A stretch of DNA of 64,000 nucleotides from an uncultured Clostridia bacterium (GTDB lineage Bacteria > Bacillota > Clostridia > Christensenellales > UBA3700). Location: the NCBI GenBank assembly GCA_947646415.1, contig CANSGN010000006.1, positions 2,431 through 66,430 on the forward strand. The letters run 5' to 3'. Below are positions 1 through 6,991 of this stretch, in pieces. Below the pieces are notes generated by a model that made no database searches, was not told the origin of the DNA, and was given only the letters and a program-made list of their open reading frames with translations. A program made the position numbers and the translations under genes. The number at the start of each line of letters is the position of its first letter. Positions within the stretch are counted from its first letter, which is position 1.

Positions 1-823
1 TGCCTTTTGTCCTATATAAGGAATAATTCGCTTCCGCACTATCCAAAACATTTAAAAGAGTTTTTGTACCTAAGTCAAAAGCGTCATACTTACCCCTTAT
101 CACTACTGTAGGTGGATAATCATTTTTAATAAATCCTAGCGGGCTAAAATCTTGCTTGCAAATCACTTGTTTGTCCTTAAGGTCTTTGTTTGTAAGGTCA
201 AAAAATGCTTTTACATAAGTCTTGCAAAAAGGTGCTTTTGCTTTTAGTATTTCATTTATACTATAAGCACCGTTAATAAGTACGGTACACCCAACTTTAA
301 ACTCATTAATATGCTGAAAATCGATACTATTTTGTCTGTACAAGCTTTTATCACATGTGATTGCTGCAATAAAACTTGCAAAATATGCTCCCGCAGATTC
401 CCCTGCTATCACTATTTTATCCGTATCCAAATTATATTGTTCCGCTCTATCAAGCACAAAATCTATAGCTTTGAAAATATCTTGTAATTGATTTGGAAAA
501 TGACTTTTTGGCGCAAGCTGATATCCTACATTTACTACGAAAAAACCTTGCCTTGCCATTGTACTGCAATATGTCCTGCGAAGCGCAGTTGTACCCGATA
601 TAAACCCTCCACCGTGAATATAAAACATTATTGGGAGTTTTGAGAAGTCCGTTGTAAGTGGATAAAAAATATCTATTTTTTGACTTTTATTATTACCGTA
701 TGCTACGCCATATTCCTTAGATAAACCTTTGCCATTAACAGGTGTAACTGCTTTTAACAACAACTCGGAAGCAGTCAACATTTTGCCTACCGCACAAGCG
801 TAATAATAATCAAACTTTTTCAT
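1..823 (-). CDS. alpha/beta hydrolase, HSL-type esterase/lipase (C-terminal end runs off the window)
   Basis: Not in ORF track (truncated). My own translation from ATG 823-821 (GGAGGGTGG directly upstream) stays open to nt 1: MKKFDYYY...PIMFYIHGGGF (HGGG oxyanion motif)...KIVIAGESAGAYF (GxSxG nucleophile elbow). Confidence 0.8.
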   Translation of the reverse strand, partial: MKKFDYYYACAVGKMLTASELLLKAVTPVNGKGLSKEYGVAYGNNKSQKIDIFYPLTTDFSKLPIMFYIHGGGFISGTTALRRTYCSTMARQGFFVVNVGYQLAPKSHFPNQLQDIFKAIDFVLDRAEQYNLDTDKIVIAGESAGAYFASFIAAITCDKSLYRQNSIDFQHINEFKVGCTVLINGAYSINEILKAKAPFCKTYVKAFFDLTNKDLKDKQVICKQDFSPLGFIKNDYPPTVVIRGKYDAFDLGTKTLLNVLDSAEANYSLYRTKG

Positions 824-987
824 CCACCCTCCAAAATAATTATATATTTAATATAACTATTAATAGTTTACCACTTTTTTGACAAAACTGCAATATTTTT
901 TTTAATATTAGTTAATTATATAAATAGCATTAAGCATTTAACGATTTATTTACCTTTAAAATTTAAAAAATGTTATTATGATTATAA

Positions 988-1018
988 CACAAAAAGTCGG
1001 CTGCCCGACTTTTTGTGT
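988..1018 (-). terminator. hairpin terminator downstream of dockerin protein gene 1
   Basis: ACACAAAAAGTCGG-GCAG-CCGACTTTTTGTGT inverted repeat 20 nt after the stop codon, T-rich on both sides. A homologous hairpin follows paralog 2 (4231-4258). Confidence 0.6.
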
Positions 1019-1037
1019 TTTTTATTTTTACATATTA

Positions 1038-3698
1038 TTAAAAGAATAAGTCCATTGCAAATAATTTATCCACAACATTTCTTACTATTTCCGCATCTGC
1101 ACTTGTCACATTGCCTTTATTTATTACCATACTTGCCAGCTTCTTTTCCACACTTAAATTTTCATATAACGCGCTATCACTTGCTATTTGTCTTAAATAC
1201 GATACATCGCTTGCGCTTATCCTACCATCTCCGTTTACGTCGCCTAGTACGGATAAAGTTATTCTTTCAGTTTCTCCGTCTTTGCTGTACTCTATATACC
1301 AACCTGTTCCTACTGCTAGCTCTTTTCCATTATTCAACAACTCCGCATTTACGCTTGCATTTCCTTTGTCGTAGATTATTGCGCCTTTGCTGTTGTAGAT
1401 TTGTATTTGTGTTTTGTCATATACCAAGTTGCTTATAAACGTGTTTACGCTTGTATTTGGGCTTATATTTCCCATATAGTAGTTTGCTTTTCCTTCTACT
1501 ACATTTACATTGCTGTCATTATCCCCGTGTATCAAGCCTTTGTCTTTATAACTTACTCTCTTATCTCCCTCTAGGATTAAGTAATCGTATTTAGACTCTG
1601 CTGCTGGTCTTATTACATTTGCCTCGCTTATTGTAAGTTTTCCTCCATTTAAATAATTGACTGTTACATTGTAGTTACTGTTACCGCTAAACACTTTGCT
1701 TACGTCAAATGGTTTTATGCTTATTGCATACTCTCCTACATTTACGGCACTATCCGTTGTCACTCCGTCCTTTGTAAACTGTGGCACTATTTTGCTGTAG
1801 TCTATATTAAATACATTAGTTAATGGTTTTCCATTATCTTGACCTAACAAATTTGCAGACAAACTATACCAATCAATTAATTGAACTTCTTTTCCGTTAT
1901 AAGCGCTATTACTGCTTTTTGTACTTGCATTTACAGTAAGATTAGCAGGTGTTATTTTATAAGTTGTGCTTTTTGTCAATGGATTAATTTTGTAATTACC
2001 ATTGTTCAAGCTTCTTGCTTCGGCATAATATCCTGTACCGACATTTGTTTCGCTCCCAAAAACATTTACATTGCAACTATCTTCCCCAATCAACTGTCCT
2101 GCTTTTATTTTAGCTTTAGGGCTTTGCGACACACCGTTGTAAACCAAATTTGTTTCCCATTCCAAATCAATCTGCTTTGGCAAGACAATAAATGTAAATG
2201 CTGTGTTTTTATATGCTCTTGTAGAAACAAAGGCATAAACACCTGCATCTGTTACTTGATAACTTGGTTGAGCGGGATTTGAAAATTTAAATATATTACC
2301 CTCACTTGCAGAGATAGTGAACGGCTCGCCTGTGTATGTAACCGTCATTACTCTATTTGTAGTAGTTTTATCGTTGTATTTCCAAGTTAATGTTTTTAAA
2401 CTGCTTGTAGCATTTACCAACTCTGCCTCATCGCCGTTTTTTACTACCGAATAACTTTCATTATCCGAAAAGAAAAAACTTGCGGGACTTAAAGTACTGT
2501 TATGCACGGAAAAATCTGCGGTAAAAATTCTTGGTGACTCTAAGCTTATACCAACATTTGTAATGTGCTTGGCAATTAAATTAGCTGCAGAGATATAACT
2601 TGTTGCGACTTGCAAGGTATTTGTTGAGCATAAATACAGATTATTTTCCTTATTATCACAAAGATTTCCGTAAATTTGAGTACCTAAACCTATTTTAATA
2701 TTACATCCCGAACTTATATAAGCACCTGCTCCCGCAGCATTGACAGTTGATGTGCTTGAAGCAAGAGTTTCTGCCGAATTATTGGTAATAATCACGTTTC
2801 TCAAATCAACAGTCGAAAGTGAGTATGAAAAAATCCCCGCACCTAAAACAGATGAATTGTTTGCAATTACTCCGCCTCTCACTACCACAGTACTTTCAAT
2901 GCCTGAGCATATACCTGCACCATGATTTGTACTTGTATTACCAAAAATAAGTCCATCATAAAAGTTTATATAACCATTTCTCATAGCAGTTAAGCCTGCT
3001 GCATCCACGCCTTTATTATTGCAAATAATCCCCGAATAAAAGTTCATAACTCCGCCATCGGAAACCCTTATTCCTGCAGCAAAATATCCATCCACGCTAT
3101 TATTCCCGCCTTTAATTTTACCAAAAGGCAAATTGTCAACATTTGTTTGAGTCAATCTATTTTCTGCAAGTAGTTTATATACCTCGTTGGAATCATAAGT
3201 AGAGTCCATAATATTTAAAAATCCCTCTACTTTCATACAATACCCGTAATCAGCACCTGTGGTATCAAACAAATTTCTATCAATATTGTGGCCATTTAAA
3301 TCAATAGTAATATTTGTGCCGGCAATTACACGAATTTTTCCTTCATCAAAGCCGACACCTGTACCAAACTCAGTAACATAAACATTATCTGACTTTGCAG
3401 CAACCCAATCCGATTCCATAGTAATTATTACTGACCTTTTATTGTTGTATGAATCTACAACAGCCGTATTCCAAGTATCTGCCATTTGACTGCAATCGCC
3501 TTTTAATACGTAATCGGAATTTGTTGCCATCAGTGAGCTTTGCTCATTAACTTCAAGCACTTCTGCAGTCCCGTTGTGGTTTATCATGTTGTCATTGCAA
3601 CTTTCATTGTAAATTATCGTAGCACAGCTTACCGCTAATAGAAGGGAAATTACTAGTACAAAAAATACTATCCCAACTTTTTTAATAATCTTTGCCAT
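1038..3698 (-). CDS. secreted/surface adhesin-like protein: N-terminal signal/anchor helix, parallel beta-helix (PMP/pectin-lyase-like) repeats, MBG-type repeat region, C-terminal dockerin-type module
   Basis: 886-aa ORF. Hydrophobic N-terminus MAKIIKKVGIVFFVLVISLLLAV. Recurrent G-x-G-I turns (HGAGICSG, LGAGIFSY, AAGAGAYISSG). YNGVSQSP..NVGTGYY..NYKI..YKITPANLTV pattern. C-terminal LGDVNGDGRISASDVSYLRQIAS...NKGNVTSADAEIVRNVVDKL (two dockerin Ca-loop/helix segments). GGAGG RBS 7 nt before ATG 3698. Confidence 0.85.
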   Translation of the reverse strand: MAKIIKKVGIVFFVLVISLLLAVSCATIIYNESCNDNMINHNGTAEVLEVNEQSSLMATNSDYVLKGDCSQMADTWNTAVVDSYNNKRSVIITMESDWVAAKSDNVYVTEFGTGVGFDEGKIRVIAGTNITIDLNGHNIDRNLFDTTGADYGYCMKVEGFLNIMDSTYDSNEVYKLLAENRLTQTNVDNLPFGKIKGGNNSVDGYFAAGIRVSDGGVMNFYSGIICNNKGVDAAGLTAMRNGYINFYDGLIFGNTSTNHGAGICSGIESTVVVRGGVIANNSSVLGAGIFSYSLSTVDLRNVIITNNSAETLASSTSTVNAAGAGAYISSGCNIKIGLGTQIYGNLCDNKENNLYLCSTNTLQVATSYISAANLIAKHITNVGISLESPRIFTADFSVHNSTLSPASFFFSDNESYSVVKNGDEAELVNATSSLKTLTWKYNDKTTTNRVMTVTYTGEPFTISASEGNIFKFSNPAQPSYQVTDAGVYAFVSTRAYKNTAFTFIVLPKQIDLEWETNLVYNGVSQSPKAKIKAGQLIGEDSCNVNVFGSETNVGTGYYAEARSLNNGNYKINPLTKSTTYKITPANLTVNASTKSSNSAYNGKEVQLIDWYSLSANLLGQDNGKPLTNVFNIDYSKIVPQFTKDGVTTDSAVNVGEYAISIKPFDVSKVFSGNSNYNVTVNYLNGGKLTISEANVIRPAAESKYDYLILEGDKRVSYKDKGLIHGDNDSNVNVVEGKANYYMGNISPNTSVNTFISNLVYDKTQIQIYNSKGAIIYDKGNASVNAELLNNGKELAVGTGWYIEYSKDGETERITLSVLGDVNGDGRISASDVSYLRQIASDSALYENLSVEKKLASMVINKGNVTSADAEIVRNVVDKLFAMDLFF

Positions 3699-3720
3699 AA
3701 TAAAACCTCCGTTTTTACCT

Positions 3721-3747
3721 TACATAGATTAAGTATATCTATGTACA
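3721..3747. repeat. lox-like core site L1 (TACATAGAT|TAAGTAT|ATCTATGTA+CA) in the 5' UTR region of the 1038-3698 gene
   Basis: 9-bp inverted arms around a 7-bp asymmetric spacer. 3730-3747 is the exact reverse complement of 3869-3886. Confidence 0.7.
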
Positions 3748-3826
3748 AAATCGTGGATTTTTTAAGTTTGAATATATAATTTTTGTATGCTTAAAGTAAA
3801 GAGTTTACAAAACCTTTATTATAACG

Positions 3827-3856
3827 TTGACATTATCTTACATTTTAGTTTAAAAT
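3827..3856 (+). promoter_or_regulatory. sigma-A type promoter facing away from the dockerin gene (TTGACA-18-TAAAAT)
   Basis: TTGACA 3827-3832, TAAAAT 3851-3856. Lies entirely between sites L1 and R1. Identical copy at 6648-6677. Confidence 0.6.
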
Positions 3857-3868
3857 ATACATATAATA

Positions 3869-3895
3869 TGTACATAGATATACTTATTCCATGTA
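3869..3895. repeat. lox-like core site R1 (TG+TACATAGAT|ATACTTA|TTCCATGTA)
   Basis: Same arm sequence as L1. The 7-bp spacer ATACTTA is the reverse complement of the L1 spacer TAAGTAT. 25/27 match to the reverse complement of L1. Confidence 0.7.
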
Positions 3896-4006
3896 CCCAA
3901 ACTTTACATTAATGGCAAATTTTTAACCCAGATAGTCCCGATTTTTGATAGGATTATTGCAGTGAACGCCACTTTTTGCCTACTTTAAACTTTACACAAA
4001 AAGTAA

Positions 4007-4050
4007 CACCCCGAAACTAAAATGTTTCGGGGTGTATTTTTTATTTTTTT
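4007..4050. terminator. intrinsic terminator (T-rich on both sides, so bidirectional)
   Basis: 11-bp GC-rich stem CACCCCGAAAC/GTTTCGGGGTG. Plus strand is followed by T-run; minus strand is followed by TACTTTTTGTG. Confidence 0.7.
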
Positions 4051-4230
4051 GCATAGCATATACGAGTTTAAATAAGAAATTATTTGGCTGAAATCACATT
4101 GTATTATACGAAATAAAACAATATCGAGTTAAAAGCAATCCTTATATATCGTTTTAAAGTACAATAAAAAATTTTTATTGACGCAATAGCAAATTACTTA
4201 TAAATATAGATTTATTTTTTAATTATAAAA

Positions 4231-4258
4231 CAAAAAGTCGGTTACCCGACCTTTTGTG
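4231..4258 (-). terminator. terminator of dockerin protein gene 2
   Basis: Minus strand ACAAAAGGTCGG-GTAA-CCGACTTTTTGTTTTATAATT, 23 nt after the stop. Confidence 0.7.
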
Positions 4259-4280
4259 TTTCGTATTATTCATATTTTTA

Positions 4281-6518
4281 TTAAAAGAATAAGTTTATTG
4301 TAAGCAATTTATCAATTACATTCCTTACAATTTCCGCATCTGCTGTTGTTACGTTGCCTTTATTTACAACTGCGCATGCAAGCTTTTTTTCTATATCCAA
4401 ACTCTCGTATAATGCTTTATCGCTTGCTATTTGTCTTAAGTAGGAGACATCACTTGCACTTATCCTGCCGTCGCCGTTTACATCGCCTAGTACGGATAAA
4501 TAAACTGTTTCAACTTTGTTTGTGATAGCGTTGTTATGTTTGATATACCAGCCTGTACAAATCGGCATGTTTATTCCGTCGTCTAATAATGCTTGGTCAA
4601 TATTCATTGCACTTCCGCTATCATATAATATTGTATCCTTATTATTAAATAGTCCCATATTATTTTTATCAATTCCCAAACTTGCCAAGTGACTTACAAA
4701 ATCAATTATTGAAGTGTTTGGATTAATATTACCTATTACATAAACCGGCTGACCGTTTACTATATTTAAGTTAGCATCATTATAACCATGGAATTTATCA
4801 TTATCGCTATAATTCTTACGGCAACCATCCTCTAAGTATATAAAGTCATATATTTTGCCTTGGTCTATTTGATAGTCAAACATTACCTCGTCATTTTTCA
4901 ATTTCGCTACATACTTGCTATTTTTATTATAAAACAAAGTCTTAGGGTCATTGTTTTCGTTTCCGTAAATTGTATATCCTAAAGTAAATGGTCTAAAAAT
5001 TTCGTTATCCTCGTTCATTTCTAAACACATACCTTTGCCACTTTCGCCTAATGACAACTCACCATTAACGTAAATACGTTTATTGGATGCCAAATATATA
5101 TCGCTTACACCCGCACTTACTGTGTTACCGGTTATATCGTTACTTCCTTGCAAATAAAACTTAGCATTGTCCTCTGCACCTATTCCACCGCCATGTGCCA
5201 AACCATAGTTATTCCTTACTTTAACATTGCTTACATATAGCGTACTATTAAACAGTGCTTGTATACCTGCCCCGCCAAATGTAGTACCTCTTTCTCCCAT
5301 TGCTTTATTGTCTTCTATCGTACAATTATCCACATAAGTTATACTTTGTGCTGTAACATAAATTCCTCCGCAATGTCTTTTAGCAATATTACCGCTTACA
5401 TTTGTATCTTTGATTTTTACAAAGGAATCTTCTCCGCAATAAATACCTGCACCATAATCTGCCTGGTTATTTTGGATAGTGGAGTTGTTAATTTTTATAT
5501 TGGCATTACCTCTTATACAAATTCCGCCGTCCATACTATCTGAAATATTATTTGAAACAGTTATATTTTCAAAAGTGTTTACACCTCTTGTACATATACC
5601 AGCACCTTCGGTACTTGCCTTATTGTATATTAGTTCACAATTAACTACATTACAACTACTTTTATCGCTAATACCTATACCCGCACCCCATGACGCAGTA
5701 TTACCTGCAAATAGTGCATTGGATATACTATCATCAGTTTCTGTATATATAGCGCCACCATTATCAGTTACTTTATTAGCTGCAAAAATACCATCAACTA
5801 CATTAAACCTTGTTTTGTTTCCAGCAAAAATCGCTGCACCATCTCTTGCGCGGTTATTATATATCATACCGCCACAAATTTTCAAAAACCCTCTTGATAT
5901 CGTAGAGCCATTTGAGCCATCGCTGTATGAAACATTAAAGGCTCCGCCATGACCTGTTGTATTTGCACCGGTAATCTTTCCGCAAGGTACTTGCTTTAAT
6001 TCATTTAATATTTGCGTTTCGGTTTTTCCGCTTGCATTTGCATAAATTGACTTAACTTGCGATTTTATGCTTTCTTTATTTTTATCATATTCGCTGTCCA
6101 TAATGTAAAGCATACCTTTTACGGAAAACAAACTGCTTGTTAAAGTTGATGCGGCAGTAAGTGTATGACCTTTCAAATCTATAATTATGGTAGTGCCATA
6201 CATAGAAGTTATAGATTCTTTTACCGTCCAATCTTGTCCCAATTCCAATTTAACAATTAGACGTTGATAAGCAGACATTTGCGATGCTTGCGATAGTAGC
6301 CTTTTCATAGTCTCGTCATCGCCTTGCCAATCTAAAGTGTTATCTGCCGTAACATCGGGAACTTCCGAAGTAGTCATCACTTCATCATTTTGATTGCTTA
6401 AATTTACGCGGTCTTCAATTTGAGTATTGTTTGCAATTAATACGCTGCCCATTATAACCAGAAAGGAAATTACTAACGCAAAAAATATTTTTCCCACGTA
6501 TCGTGTAAACTTTGCCAT
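4281..6518 (-). CDS. secreted/surface protein, paralog of 1038-3698: signal/anchor helix, parallel beta-helix repeats, C-terminal dockerin-type module
   Basis: Start moved to MAKFTRYVGKIFFALVISFLV (ATG 6518, GGAGG 7 nt upstream) rather than the ORF-track 6575. Many GGAIY/GAGI/GGGI turns (NGGAIYTE, WGAGIGIS, GAGICTR, YGAGIYCG, HCGGIYVT, GGAGIQAL, HGGGIGAE). C-terminal LGDVNGDGRISASDVSYLRQIASD...NKGNVTTADAEIVRNVIDKL nearly identical to paralog 1. Confidence 0.85.
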   Translation of the reverse strand: MAKFTRYVGKIFFALVISFLVIMGSVLIANNTQIEDRVNLSNQNDEVMTTSEVPDVTADNTLDWQGDDETMKRLLSQASQMSAYQRLIVKLELGQDWTVKESITSMYGTTIIIDLKGHTLTAASTLTSSLFSVKGMLYIMDSEYDKNKESIKSQVKSIYANASGKTETQILNELKQVPCGKITGANTTGHGGAFNVSYSDGSNGSTISRGFLKICGGMIYNNRARDGAAIFAGNKTRFNVVDGIFAANKVTDNGGAIYTETDDSISNALFAGNTASWGAGIGISDKSSCNVVNCELIYNKASTEGAGICTRGVNTFENITVSNNISDSMDGGICIRGNANIKINNSTIQNNQADYGAGIYCGEDSFVKIKDTNVSGNIAKRHCGGIYVTAQSITYVDNCTIEDNKAMGERGTTFGGAGIQALFNSTLYVSNVKVRNNYGLAHGGGIGAEDNAKFYLQGSNDITGNTVSAGVSDIYLASNKRIYVNGELSLGESGKGMCLEMNEDNEIFRPFTLGYTIYGNENNDPKTLFYNKNSKYVAKLKNDEVMFDYQIDQGKIYDFIYLEDGCRKNYSDNDKFHGYNDANLNIVNGQPVYVIGNINPNTSIIDFVSHLASLGIDKNNMGLFNNKDTILYDSGSAMNIDQALLDDGINMPICTGWYIKHNNAITNKVETVYLSVLGDVNGDGRISASDVSYLRQIASDKALYESLDIEKKLACAVVNKGNVTTADAEIVRNVIDKLLTINLFF

Positions 6519-6541
6519 AATAAAACCTCCGTTTTTTACCT

Positions 6542-6568
6542 TACATAGAATAAGTATATCTATGTACA
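6542..6568. repeat. lox-like core site L2 (TACATAGAA|TAAGTAT|ATCTATGTA+CA)
   Basis: Copy of L1 at an offset of 2821 nt, with one arm substitution. Confidence 0.7.
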
Positions 6569-6647
6569 AAATCACGGTTTTTTTGAGTTTGAATATATAA
6601 TTTTTGTATGCTTAAAGTAAAGAGTTTACAAAACCTTTATTATAACG

Positions 6648-6677
6648 TTGACATTATCTTACATTTTAGTTTAAAAT
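6648..6677 (+). promoter_or_regulatory. second copy of the outward-facing TTGACA-18-TAAAAT promoter
   Basis: Identical to 3827-3856. Located between L2 and R2. Confidence 0.6.
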
Positions 6678-6689
6678 ATACATATAATA

Positions 6690-6716
6690 TGTACATAGAT
6701 ATACTTATTCCATGTA
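6690..6716. repeat. lox-like core site R2 (TG+TACATAGAT|ATACTTA|TTCCATGTA)
   Basis: Identical to R1. Spacer inverted relative to L2. Confidence 0.7.
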
Positions 6717-6826
6717 CCCAAACTTTACATTAAAGGCAAATTTTTACCCCTAATAGTCCCGATTTTTGATAGGATTATTGCAGTGAACAGCACTTTTGCC
6801 TACTTTAAACTTTACACAAAAAGTAA

Positions 6827-6862
6827 CACCCCGAAACTAAAATGTTTGGGGGTGTATTTTTT
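6827..6862. terminator. second copy of the GC-stem terminator
   Basis: CACCCCGAAAC-TAAAAT-GTTTGGGGGTG (one stem mismatch versus copy 1) followed by TATTTTTTATG. Confidence 0.6.
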
Positions 6863-6991
6863 ATGTTCATATAATTGATTTTATAAAAATTTCAGACAAA
6901 TTTTGTCTTGTTTTAAAAAAATATTATTAGCCTTATGTATAGTTACATAAAAAATAAAGCTGTAAATAATAATATATAATTTGTTTATAAA

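Larger units (their letters stand above)
3863..4050 (+). ncRNA. candidate ~190-nt non-coding transcript (promoter-to-terminator unit without ORF)
   Basis: Predicted TSS a few nt after the -10 at 3851-3856. No RBS-preceded ORF (longest is 11 codons). Ends at hairpin CACCCCGAAAC-TAAAAT-GTTTCGGGGTG followed by TATTTTTTATTTTTTT. Duplicated at about 6684-6862. Confidence 0.3.

Noticed and set aside
1013-2925. Plus-strand ORFs 1013-1438, 1111-1374, 1881-2282 and 2740-2925. The same applies to 5259-5952 (+), 21120-21686 (+), 27200-27712 (-), 33555-33971 (+), 46473-46799 (+) and 56179-56715 (+).
   Set aside because: All lie entirely inside longer opposite-strand genes with clear family signatures. 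They lack RBSs and translate to low-complexity Leu/Phe/Ser/Ile-rich strings typical of antisense frames in AT-rich DNA.
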